Shown: positions 34,977 to 53,010 of the stretch, in pieces
Layout: each line of letters begins with the position of its first letter
Position numbering within the stretch: position 1 is the first letter of the stretch
DNA from: Blastocystis sp. Blastoise
Lineage: Eukaryota > Protista > Bigyra: Opalinata
Direction: 5' to 3'
Length of the DNA stretch: 64,000 nucleotides
Assembly (NCBI GenBank): GCA_039096225.1
Contig: JBBPEB010000011.1
Span: forward strand, 248,001 to 312,000
Program-made: the position numbers and the translations under genes
Notes under the pieces: generated by a model
The model's database searches: none
What the model was told of the DNA's origin: nothing
Seen by the model: the letters and a program-made list of their open reading frames with translations, nothing else

Positions 34977-36674
34977 CTTCTATCTATCCTCTTTAGTTGG
35001 CAGTTGCCTGTAGGCGGTTGTCTTGGAGGTATATTAGCAGCAGTTATTCTCTCTGTTCCTATTATTCAAAAAGTACTTCGTATCTCAACTGTATATATAT
35101 TAGTTTATTTCATTATTATTTTTTATTCTTCATATTATTATTTTTTTAATATTTCATATTATTTTTTTAACTTTTCACATTCTTATTATAATTATTATAA
35201 TTATTGATTTATAAAATGAATATATTTTATCCATGTGAGTAGATAGTGTCTATATACTTATGAGTTTTCTCTCTCTACATATATCTATATATAGCCTTCA
35301 AAATCTAGATCTTCTTCAGTTACAGATACCCATATAAAACAAATTACACAAGAGACGACAAATACTACTACTACTAATAATAATAATACGGATACTACTC
35401 ATGCAAACTCTACTTTACAATCAAAATCAAATACTATTTCTATTCCTATTCCTAATAACAAATCAAATCAAGTAAATTCAAATGTTTCTAAAATGAATTC
35501 TCAATTAGATTCTACTTCATCTTCTTTTCCTCAATCTCAATTTACATCAAATGCTGTTCTTGCTCCTTCTACACTTCCAGAGAAACCAAAACCTTCTTTT
35601 AATCCACTTAATTTAATTGCTGGTTTATTTGAAAAGAAATCAAAACCTATTACATTTAAACCTATGGATGATAATAATCAGGATTCTTTAATTACACCTT
35701 TATTTACTCATGAAAAACGTATGTCTTCTTCTTCTATTCCTACTGAATCAAATTCAGAACTTTCCAGTCAAAGGAATACTAATTTTGATGGACAAGATGA
35801 TTTTGTGAATGAAGTGAAGAATAATCCGTTTATAGGAAGAAGAAGTAGTCAAGAAAAAGATGAAGAAAACGAAGAAAATATATATAATAATAAGAATCCT
35901 TTTGCTACAGAAGAAGAAATAGAGGATAATAATAGTAAAATAAAAGAAAATATATATAATAATAAGAATCCTTTTGCTACAGAAGAAGAAATAGAGGATA
36001 ATAATAATAATAATAAAGGAAGGAATCCATTTAGTAATGAAACAATAGAAGATAATGATGAAAAAGAAAAGTCTCAAGAAAGAAATCCATTTGCTAATGA
36101 AGAATCAAGAATAAATGTTACTACTACTACTTCTCCTGCTATATCTCCTTTTACTGCTCTTACTCAAAAAATGAAAGAATCATTAAAAGAGTCAGATCAA
36201 TTTATTCAATCAATTCAAAATGTAGTTGAAACTGATATAAATAAGAATACTATTTATCAATCAACAAATCCTTTTGATTCTATAGGTGAAAATGAATTGA
36301 ATAGAGAGATATCTGAAGATAATAATAAGAAACAGAAACATCATTTTAAACGTGAATCGTTGAATCCATTTGATATAACAAATCAAGAAGAAGAAGAAGA
36401 AGAAAATAATGATGATGATGAAGAAGAGATTATTACTATTTCTCAAGAGAATAAGCAAAATATTCTTCATCAGTCAACAAATCCTTTTGATATGGTTTCA
36501 ACAGATAGCGATACACAAATTAATTCTAATGAAAATATACATACAAATGAAGTATCGTCATATTCTAAAAAGAAATTATCAAATCCCTTTGATGAACAAT
36601 ATATAGAAATAGAAGAAGAAAAAGATAATCATGATTCTTTGTTAAATCATTCTTTAAATCCTTTTGATTCATAA
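33584..36674 (+). CDS. Rhomboid-like membrane protein (probably inactive) with NPF-repeat C-terminal tail
   Basis: IKPQKSASLVGLLFSPFVHDSWIYLLSD, GKIYYGLGVYVFGL and GWQLPVGGCLGGILAA follow the rhomboid TM pattern; 10 NPF motifs in the last exon. 5' exons less certain. Confidence 0.65.
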
Positions 36675-37465
36675 AATAATCATAAATCTTTATTAAATCA
36701 TTCTTTAAATCCTTTTGATTCATAAGTATGTCATTCTATAACTTTGTATTTTAATTCTATTTCTTTATCAATGAAATAAATCTTGTTTTCAAGTTTTATA
36801 ATTAAAATTTAATTAGTTTTCTTTTATTATATATAGTATATATATCTTTTCAATAGTTCTTTTTTTATTTTTATTTCCTCATTCATTTTTTTTTTATACC
36901 ATGTCTTGTTACTTTTATAGATTAGTTGTTATACACTTTATTTTATATTCATTATATAAAACGTTCTTATTCATTAATAATTCTTTTTTTATTTTTGCAT
37001 GGTTTCGTTTTTTATAGTTCTTTATTTATATCTACAAAAATTGTTACTCTTATATGAAATAACAGATAAAAAGAATAATAGACTTTGTGAGTAGATTCTT
37101 GATAAGAAAAATAAATTGTTAAGCAAAGACATTTATCACATAGATAGAGAGAATTCAGATAAAAGAATTAAAAACTCTAGTTTTAATTGTCGTCATAAAA
37201 TTCTGAATGGCAGATAAATGAAATGAAATGATGATTCTAAAGAATAGAATGAGATTGATAGAGATATCACAAAGATAAAAAAATAAGATATTTTTGTGAT
37301 TTTTTAAGAAAAAACAGTTTGAATGTGCAAATGAATTCTCTGAAAGAAGGGGGGATGAGCCGGTGTTTGTCATAAAAAACAAATGATGATTCTTTTTTCT
37401 TTGTTTAGAGCTTGTTATATGCTTTAATTTGTGATCTATAACGTTCATTTATATATAGGAAAAAT

Positions 37466-39402
37466 ATGGAAGATTCTAAGAAGTCAGTAGAGATGTCAGA
37501 AAGTGAAAAAAGCTTCTTTGAGAACTCATTGTATTCTGTCATGTATGAAACCAAAGTGATCCAACAGCAATTTTCTAATTTCCAACAACTATTTGATACG
37601 TATGTCACAAATACAAATTCATTTCTTGTTTTTGCAGTAGATTTCTTTCACGGTCGATGCAAATCAGCATTCGATACTAATCAGTTATCGAAACCAAGTG
37701 TAAATGATAGTCCTGCAACAAAAAGTGGGTCTTCAACTTCTTCGACATGTCCATCTCCTGTTCAATATAGTTATCCTTTTCGTATGCCATATCCTTCAGT
37801 ATCTTCTACATTTGAATCAGTTAGGAAATTCACAAAAAATAATTTATATCCTACAAATTCAGAGATATCTTTACAGACTTTTAATAGTGACAATACTATT
37901 AAAGAAAGTTTTGATATTCATAATTTATTAGTATCAAGAAAGAATAGATTAGATTCTTTAACTCAGAAAGAAACTAAAGGAAATTCTGTTTCTGGTAAAA
38001 ATAATACAGCAGATAATATATCTGTAAGTTCTTCTACAAAGAGTAGTGAATCTAGTTCTAATGAGAAACAAGGTACACTTCCTGTAGGTATAAAACGAAT
38101 AAGGCAAGAAATAAAAAGAGATAAATCTTATAAACAAAAGAAGAAGCAGAAACGTAGTATAATTGATAAACATCGAATAGAATCATATATAGTATCTTAT
38201 AAAGGAAGCAATACCTTTATTTTAGATCCTTTAGATTATGATTATATTGAGGAAGTCAAGTCTATGTTTGCATCAAATAATCTTATTCAAATACCTATGT
38301 TAAATAGTATATATAAAGATACATTTTTCCCTGATTCTACATTATTAAATGATGAATATTCTAAGTATTTAAGTGGATGGCTAGGAAGAGATAAAACATG
38401 GAAACTTATTTTTCAGTATTTATATATTTGTATTTGTTTTATGGAATCTATATATATTTATTGTTATTATTTTATTTTTATTATTTTTATGAATTTATAT
38501 TTTTTATTACTAATATTATTTTTTATTATTAATATTATATATTTTTTTTATTATTAATATTATATTTTTTATTATTATTATCCTTAATTTATAATATATA
38601 TATCTTTATTAACTTTTAATCTTTTATTAATTTATATATATATCTTAATTATAGTGCTGCAAAAGATGGTTTTGTATCCGGGATATTTCATCAGAAATGT
38701 GATAATAAAGGAGAAACAGTGACGATTTTCAAGTCTCATAATAATGGTATGGATTGCTTGTTCGGAGGATATACTTCTTTATCATGGAATGGAGGTATAT
38801 AAATAGAATTCTATTATTAGTATTATTTTTGATATATAATATATTTTTTATTATTATAAACATTTTATTCTATTCATATTATTATAAATAATATTATTAT
38901 TAAGTATATCATTATATTTTAATTATAATTCATATTTATTATAAATCATGATTATTTTCTTAAAAAATATTATTTAAACAATATACTAATATCATCATCT
39001 TCTTCTTATTCTATATCTACATATATATATATATTATATATATATATATAATATATATATATAGATAATATGCATCATAGAGATCCAGATAGTTTTATAT
39101 TTACATTAAAAAATATGCATGACATTCCTCCAACGAAATATTCTTGTGTATATCCAGATAAAGCAATATTTCAAGGTTCTCATTTAGGTCCTTCTTTTGG
39201 TGCTGATTATAATAATTTAGGAGTATCAGGCTTGAAAGATGCGTTAGGATATATGTATAGTACATTTAATCGTGAACATGCTATTTATGGAGATCTTAGT
39301 GGCTATGGTAATGGATTATTCACGGGAACAGAAGCTGACTGGGGGATGGTCATGTTCTCTGCAGTTGATTATGAAGTATTTGCTATCGATAAAATAGTGT
39401 AA
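37466..39402 (+). CDS. TLDc-domain protein with long low-complexity N-terminus, 2 introns
   Basis: WKLIF|.AAKDGF...FHQKCDNKGETV...LFGGYT...SFIFTLKNMH...GPSFG...DYEVF. Confidence 0.85.
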
Positions 39403-40522
39403 TACTTTATATTCATAAGTATCCCCAAATATGTATATAGTCTACAATATCTTTTTTAAATGTAAATAACATTTTTTATTTATTTTTTTTTTATTTTTTT
39501 TGTTTATAGATCAATATATATTTTTATTATTGGTCTTTCGTGTGTGTTCTCTTATAGGATTCCTTTTTCATTTATAATTCATATATTGTTAATTGTTATT
39601 ATATATTTATTATATTTGGCTTTTTAAAAAATTTTCTTTGAATTTATTACTTCAGTTTATTCTTTTTTCTGCTGTTTGTATATTTGTGTTTTAAAATATA
39701 TACATATATATACATATATATATATATATATAATTATTATTCCCTTTTTATATATTCTATTCTCTTTTCTTCTTTTTAATATATTTGTATATATTTACAT
39801 TCATATTTCTTTTCTATATACATATTCATTATAAACCTATTTAAGAAGGTGAAATAATCTTGGATTATCTCCATTGTATTTGTAATATAACTATGCTATT
39901 CTTTAATTGTTTATTCGTTATATTACTATAATTCCTAATCTATATTCTATATATTTTGTTTTTTTTTAAAATTCTTTTTACATAATAAACTTGATACTCT
40001 TAAAAACATCTTCAACGATTGTTTTCATAGAACAGATCAAATCTAATTCCAAAAAGAATGATTCTTATAAAAGAAAAATCAAATTTCGTAAAAAAAAAGA
40101 GTATAATTAATGAAATGTACATCAGAAAAATAATGAGAGATTGCTAGTTAACATAACATAAGAATAGAATTGCATTTAATAAAAGAAACCGTTGCATTAA
40201 AACAAAATGAAGAAAACCCTCACTTTATACCAAATGGTCGTTCTATTTATATTTCTTGGCATGCCCTTTCCTATCTGTTTTAAAACTGAATAGATAAACA
40301 TCAGTCAGATAAATTCATTTAGAAAACACATCAGGAAAACCATCGAAATAATTTATCAGGTCGACCCTCTTCTTCTTTTCGAATTCGATTTTCATTCTAA
40401 TCGAATAATGTCCCAACCGTTGTACTGAGCTGGCTATTTTGTATCGTTTCTATTTAATTTTGATTTCTTATATATTTATTGTCGTGTACAGAATTTCTTT
40501 TTACAAGTTTCTTTAATAAAAC

Positions 40523-41782
40523 ATGAGTTCTATAAGAAAAGATCACCTTCGTATTGTTTATGTAACAGATAACTTCGATGCTGATAATAATGGAACAACC
40601 ATTTCAGTAAGAAGATTCGTAGAAACACTTCGATCTTTTGGTCATGAAGTAAGAGTTGTTAGTAATGGAAGAGAAGAACCTGATAAGTACGTCGTTCCTA
40701 GTTATACGAAAGGTTTTATTCCATGGTATGTTAAGCGTGAATGCATGGTTTTTGCTAAACCTGATAAAGAAGTTATACGTAAAGCATTCGAAGGTGCTGA
40801 TGTAATTTATTTTCAACTTCCTTTTATATTAGGATTAACAGCTTTAAAAATAGCAAATGAAATGCATATTCCTGTTACTGCTGGCTTTCATTGTCAACCT
40901 GAAAATATCACATTTAATATTGGATTAGGTTGGTGTACTCCATTAAGTGAACTAATTTATGAATTATTTAAAAATATGTTTTATAAGAAAATTGGTCATA
41001 TCCATTGTCCTACTCAATTTTTAGCTGATGAGCTGAAAAGACATCATTATAAAGGTCAAACACATGTGATTTCAAATGGATCTTATATGAAGAAATATCA
41101 TCCTATGAATATAGAACGTGATCCTCAATTACAAGGAAAATTTGTTATCTTAATGTCTGGAAGATTATCTACAGAAAAAAGACAAGATCTACTTATTCAT
41201 GCTGTTGAAAAATCTAAATATAAAAATCAAATTCAGATCATCTTAGCTGGAATGGGACCTTTACAAAGTCGTTATGAAAAGATGTCAGCGAATCTTCCTA
41301 ATAAACCTATCATACGTCTATTCAGTCAAGAAGAACTTGTTTATACTATTAATATGTGTGATTTATATGTTCATGGTGCTGATGCAGAAATTGAGTCTAT
41401 TTCATGTATAGAAGCTTTTTCGTGTGGTCTTGTTCCTGTCATAGCTAATGCTAAGAAATCAGCTACTAAACAATTTGCTCTCTGTGAATACAACACATTT
41501 AAAGGTGGTAATGTTGATGAATTAGTTGAAAGAATCGAATTTTGGATGGAACATGAAGAGCTTCGTAAGGAATACTCTGCTAAATATGTTGAATTTGCAA
41601 AAGAATTTGATATTGTTACTTGTGGTCACAAAATGGAAAATATGTTTTATGAAGCTATGGATGATTATTATCAAATGAATCCTGAATATATTCAAAATAA
41701 TATATCAATTCCTCAAACTAATGAAGTTAAACAACCTATTGAAGAAGGCTCACCTCTTCAAGTCCTTTTACTTTCTTCTTAA
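40523..41782 (+). CDS. GT4 glycosyltransferase, cholesterol alpha-glucosyltransferase-like (H. pylori HP0421/CapJ type), intronless
   Basis: IVYVTDNFDADNNGT, FAKPDKEVIRKAFEGAD, FHCQPENI, HIHCPT, GRLSTEKRQ and EAFSCGLVPVIANAKKSATKQFAL closely parallel my recollection of HP0421. Confidence 0.85.
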   Translation: MSSIRKDHLRIVYVTDNFDADNNGTTISVRRFVETLRSFGHEVRVVSNGREEPDKYVVPSYTKGFIPWYVKRECMVFAKPDKEVIRKAFEGADVIYFQLPFILGLTALKIANEMHIPVTAGFHCQPENITFNIGLGWCTPLSELIYELFKNMFYKKIGHIHCPTQFLADELKRHHYKGQTHVISNGSYMKKYHPMNIERDPQLQGKFVILMSGRLSTEKRQDLLIHAVEKSKYKNQIQIILAGMGPLQSRYEKMSANLPNKPIIRLFSQEELVYTINMCDLYVHGADAEIESISCIEAFSCGLVPVIANAKKSATKQFALCEYNTFKGGNVDELVERIEFWMEHEELRKEYSAKYVEFAKEFDIVTCGHKMENMFYEAMDDYYQMNPEYIQNNISIPQTNEVKQPIEEGSPLQVLLLSS

Positions 41783-42596
41783 GTCACTGTTATTTATATA
41801 TTTCTATATTTGTGTTTTTTTTAAATAATAAATCTTTTTTTTTTTTTTTAGTAAATTGTTACCAGTGATTTGTATTGATATCTATTAGTGTGATGAAGTA
41901 ATATATAGAATCATTATTTAAATAATTCATTCATTTATTCTTTCGTGTCTTTTTTATTATAATAATAAATCGTTCTTTATTATTCGTCTAATTTTTTTTT
42001 TAGTATTTTTTTCATGATATGCCTTATATTTCTATATATATGTATTCTTTAAATTTCATGTTAGTTGAACATAACTTTTAATTTACTTTTTTTTTAATTA
42101 ATATTGAACTATAATATTTTCACTTTTCTTCTTTTTCAAATTTTTTTATTAAAATAATGTTTTGTCTATTGTTTGGTTTCTCTTCAGTATTCTATTATCC
42201 TTTGAATAGACTAAACAATTATAATATGTGTTATGATTCATTCTAATCAATATGAATTGATTCCAAAATGTTAAACAAGATATTTTATATCATCTCTATT
42301 ATCAGTAGATGAATAACAATTGAGAAATATGTTTTAATTCATTTCGATTCATTGCAATCATACATTTATAACAATACCTACCCATCACAATAGTATGTTT
42401 TACAAACAAAACATACCCAACTAACAATAATCTATCTCTTTTACAGAGAATTTCAATAAAATTGCTTTAAAGATATTTCCATGATTATTCTCATAACATA
42501 GAGACCCTTCTGATTATTTTCAAAAAAAGAAAAAAATTTGTTGATATTTTTCTTTGTCTAAATTTCTTTCCATAATATCTATATTATTATATAAGA

Positions 42597-43223
42597 ATGC
42601 CTGAAGACGTCACTATTGAGCAGACAAGTAATGAACAACAAAATGAATTTCGTGATTATCTAGCTACTTCTGGGTTTCTTGGCACTTTCACGAATGCATT
42701 TATCTCTTTATATAATGCTAAACCTAGACCTGAAGATCCTTTTGAGTATGTATTTCATTTGTTTTTATTTGTAGTTGATATATATATGATTTTATGTTCT
42801 TTTATATATTAATGCTATTCTGATTATATCTGTCTATTCTTTTTATGAATATATGTAAATAAATGTATTCATTTCATGTATGAATACGTTATATCTATAT
42901 AGATTTTTGAAAAATATAATATATATATATAAATTTTTGAAAAATATATTATATATATATAGTTTTTTGAAAAATATATTATATATATATAGATTTTTGA
43001 AAAATATATTATATATCTATATAATTTTTTGAAAAATATATTATATCTATATAGATTTTTGAAAAATATATTATATCCTGATTATGAGAAAGAAAAGAAA
43101 AGACTTGAGAAAGATATTGAAGATTTTAATGCAAGAATAAAACAACTTGAAGCGGATATTGTTAAGGAAAAACAAGATTATGAAAAGAAGCTTAATCGAT
43201 TAACTCCTCCTAAACAAAATTAA
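42597..43223 (+). CDS. MYCBP: c-Myc-binding protein (AMY-1)-like small coiled-coil protein, 1 intron
   Basis: EFRDYLATSGFLGTFTNAFISLYNAKPRPEDPFE|FLKNILYP followed by a coiled coil. Confidence 0.75.
42891..43072 (+). repeat. Six tandem units of about 30 bp copying the intron acceptor and exon start
   Basis: ATAT(A/C)TATAT-AG-ATTTTTGAAAAATATATT repeated; AG retained in four units. Confidence 0.9.
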
Positions 43224-43473
43224 TTATTTTTTTTTAAATATTATTGATATTCAAATTGCATGCTTTAAATATATATAAATCAATCTTATGTTTTCTTTGT
43301 TTATATTGTTTAGTTCATGTTTATAAAGATTAAAAAAAAAAAAATGAATTTATTATGATAAACAAACAAATAATTGCAGAATATATATAAAAATTGAATA
43401 CAATATTTATATACATATATAGAAAATACTAAAAATAATAAATAATACATAAAGAATAAAAGAATATATTGAC

Positions 43474-44785
43474 TTAATTACAGTCTTCTCCATCCCAGCA
43501 ATCTTTATAAGTTAATTCAGGAGGTAAACAAGAATCACCTAATACACAACGTCTTCCTTGATCTAATTGTTTAATTTCATTCATTTCTTCTTCAGTTAAA
43601 GAGAAATCAAAGATATTCATATTTTCAACAAGACGAGTAAGAGTTGTAGTTTTAGGAATACAAATAGTACCTCTTTGAATAGCCCAACGAATACATATTT
43701 GAGCAGGAGATTTATTATATTTCTTACCAATAGCAATTACACGAGGATCTTCAGTAGGAGCTATCTTATTAGGACTATATATATATATTAATTATTATTA
43801 TTATTTTATTATATTAATAATAGTTATTATTTTATTATATTAATAATAATATTATTATATATTTATATACTCTGTATTATTAGGATCAGGTCTAACTAAA
43901 GGAGCATAAGCAGTTAAATAAATATTATGTTCTTTACAGAAATTGAATAAATTCCATTGTTGAAGACTAGGATGTAATTCGACCTATAATCAATATAAAG
44001 TATATAGGTATAGTATATTTATAATATTAATTATATTATGTTAATTTATTTGTAAAAAAAAAATATTATCTATTATATATATACTTGATTATTACAAGGT
44101 AATATATTACAATGAGGTAAGAATTCTTTCAGTTTCTTTACAGTAAAATTACTTACACCAATACTACGAATTTCTCCCTTTTCAACTAATTTTTCTAATT
44201 CTCTCCATGTATTTGTCATTCTATCTACATTCCAACTATATATATAAATAAATTAATAAATAAATTATTAAAAAAAAAAATAAAATTAAAATAAATAAAT
44301 ATAAATATAAATATAAATAATAAAAAAAAACACAAAATATACCCTAATCTTGTTTCAGCTCTTCTTTCATTAAAGAAAGGAACAGAGAACCAATTATTAG
44401 GATCACGTTTAGCTTCATCTTCAGGAAGAGTAGCATATTCAAAAGGCCAATGAATTAAGTAAAGATCTAAATAATCAACTTGAAGATTCTTTTTACTTTG
44501 AGCAAAAGCTTTAGATACATTTTCAGGAGCAAAATCAGTACACCATAACTTGGTTGAAATAAATAACTCTTCTCTCTTAACAAGTCCATTATCAATAGCT
44601 TCTTTAATAGCTTCACCAACATATTGCTCGTTACTGTATGCAGCAGCACAATCGAAAAGTCTATAACCAAGCTTAATAGCCTCGATTACAGAATCATGAA
44701 TCTTCTGAGGTTCACTCTTCCAAGTTCCTAAACCAAAAATAGGCATCATATAACCAGAAGATAATTTAATTGAAGGAATAGACAT
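43474..44785 (-). CDS. Aldo-keto reductase, paralogue A (3 introns)
   Basis: [50 protein letters not shown]. Confidence 0.93.
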
Positions 44786-45210
44786 TGTGATATCAAATAC
44801 AAAGGAAAATAACTTGTTTTAATTATTAAATGAATAATAAAATATGTGAAATACAACATTCATAAAGATTTTTTCTCGAAAAACGAATATTTGAAAGCAG
44901 TTGTTTCGTTTTATTTTTGCAAATGAAAAGGAGATTCTTGTGGCTAATCTTTTGATTGTGTTTAATATCATCATATATGATTCTATAGGTGTCAAATAAC
45001 GTTATTTTTGTGTATGTTTATTTTTATCTGTTCATTTAATTATAGGTTATTAAATTATAAAAGGTGCTTATTTGTTAACATTAAAAAGTATATTTATCAA
45101 AATAAAAAAAAAAATAAATAAAACAGAACTATTTATAAAACTATAATCTATAATATAATATAATATATATGAAGAATTATGAGAATACAAAGATTTGGGA
45201 AATAATCAAC

Positions 45211-46476
45211 TTAATTAACATTTTCATTATCCCATATTTGTTCCTTTGTCATTTCAGGTTTAGTTAAGATATCTCCAACACATCCTCTTCTTCCTTCATC
45301 AAGTTTCTTGATTTCACTCATTTCTTCTTCAGTTAAAGAGAAATCAAATACATTCATATTTTCAGGTAAACGAGAAATAGTTACTGTTTTAGGAATACAA
45401 ATAGTACCTCTTTGAATAGCCCAACGAATACATATTTGAGCAGGAGATTTATTATATTTCTTAGCAAGTGAAAGAATTAAAGGCTTTGTCATAGGAGATA
45501 TCTGATTTTCACTATATTTATTATTTATGATTATATATATTATATTTATAATCATATATATTATATTTATAATTATATGTTATATTTATAATCATATATA
45601 TTATATTTATGATTATATATATTAGATTTATGATTATATATTTATATACTCTGTATTATTAGGATCAGGATGTCCAAGAGGATAATAAGCAGTTAAATAA
45701 ATATTATGTTCTTTACAGAAATTATATAATTCCCATTGTTGTAACTGAGGATGTAATTCGACTTGATTATTACAAGGTAATATATTACAATGAGGTAAGA
45801 ATTCTTTCAGTTTCTTTACAGTAAAATTACTTACACCAATACTACGAATTTCTCCCTATATTAATATTAATAATAATAATAGTATTATTATTATATCCCT
45901 TTTCAACTAATTTTTCTAATTCTCTCCATGTATTTGTCATTCTATCTACATTCCAACTATATATATAAATAAATTAATAAATAAATTATTAAAAAAAAAA
46001 TATAAAATAATAATAAAAAAACACAAAATATACCCTAATCTTGTTTCTTCAGTTCTTTCATTAAAGAAAGGAACACTAAAATAATTATTAGGATCACGTT
46101 TAGCTTCATCTTCAGATTTAACTACAGTTTCAAAAGGCCAATGAACCAAATATAAATCTATATAGTCAAGTTGAAGGTTCTTTTTACTTTGAGCAAATGC
46201 TTTAGATACATGTTCAGGAGCAAAGTCATTACACCATAGCTTTGTTGTGATAAATACATCCTCTCTCTTAATCAATCCACATTCAATAGCTTCTTTGATA
46301 GCACTACCTAATTCAACTTCATTACCATAAACAGCAGCACAATCGAAATGTCTATAACCAAGCTTAATAGCCTCAATCACAGCATCATGAACTTTATTAG
46401 GTTCACTTAAATAAGTTCCTAAACCATATGAAGGAATTTCATAACCACTAGATAACTTTATATAAGGTACAGACAT
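45211..46476 (-). CDS. Aldo-keto reductase, paralogue B (2 canonical introns plus a 43-nt non-canonical insert; could be a pseudogene)
   Basis: Same AKR motifs as paralogue A; the frame is restored only if the insert at 45856-45898 is removed. Confidence 0.8.
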
Positions 46477-47832
46477 CTTAACTATATTAATAAAACAATT
46501 CTTAAAAAAAAATTAATTTACAAAAAATAAATAAATCTTTATTAAGACAGTATTCTTCCAGATTCTTCTTCATATGCCAAGTTATTAGCAACTGATTTTT
46601 TTTTTAATTTTTATTGAAAATCACAAAGTTTTCCATTGTTTTTTAAATAAAACCGTTTTTATTTATTTATGTCGACTTAGGAATTCTGTTTTTCATTTGC
46701 TTTATTTTGTTCTTTTTTGAGATATTCTTTTTATTGAAATACTCCACAGTATCTTTTAGTATATTAATAATCTTGATGCAATTGAGTTCTTCATCAATTT
46801 TATCTCTTGCATCATATTAAAATATATTGGAGTAAGTAGATTTATCTGAGAATTAATTTTTAATATTTGTTTTTAGATTCAATAAAAATATACAGAGATT
46901 AGAAAAACAAGGTATATTCATATTTGAAAATATTTCTAACAAAACAACCATGATGTATTCTTCATTATCTCAAAAACAAGTGAAATAAGCTTTAAATATA
47001 GAGTATTCATATAGGATCTATCTTTTACAATAAAGATATAATTTCTTAAGACAGTAAAATCTTTGTTTATAAAGAAAAATAGAAAATGGATTACGTAGAA
47101 CTTTTTTTTATTATTATATTATATATATATGAACAAACAATGATGAGATCAAAATAGAGAATAACAATAAATTCAAAAAATTTAAAAAATTATAGACAAT
47201 TACAAAACAAAATTTAAAAAAAACTAAATATATTGCAAACAAAACAAAACAAATAAACAATTTTCTTTTAAGGAAATGTAGTAATGAAAAGTGGTTAAGT
47301 TTTAAGTATATACTTGAATAAATAGGATTCTTATAATATATATATATATATACAATGAATACTAGAATATGTTTAATAATTGATACTACTATGAATATTT
47401 AAAAAGAAAAAAATAGTTTAATAAATCATAAATTATGAAGAAGAATATATAGAATATGTAATAAATATTAAACATAAGAATATATACTATATATAAAAAA
47501 TAAAAAATATTAATATATATAAAAAAAAATCTTCTTGACAAAAAAAATATGAAAAAATGATGAAAAAAAATAAAATCATAATTAAATAGAAAATATGAAG
47601 AGAGCCTAAGCATTGAACAAAAAAAAAAGAATTGAAAAATGATAATAAAACAAATAAAAAGAAAAAAAATGATTATCTAAATACATTATTATATAACTAA
47701 TTATAACAAATATACAAAAATATCAGTTTAATAAACAAAACACACTGATCAATTACAAATGAAATTATTAATTACTTAAAATTATTAATAATGATGTTTA
47801 TAGTATATATTCGATACAGAGAAATAGTTTGT

Positions 47833-53010
<5,178 letters not shown>

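Noticed and set aside
42891-43072. 30-bp repeats resembling a CRISPR array
   Set aside because: No unique spacers, no cas genes, eukaryotic intron context; the unit is a copy of the adjacent splice junction.
45893-45903. ATATCCCTTT on the + strand resembling a U12 donor
   Set aside because: It is antisense to the AKR gene and has no matching branch point or AC in a + strand gene.
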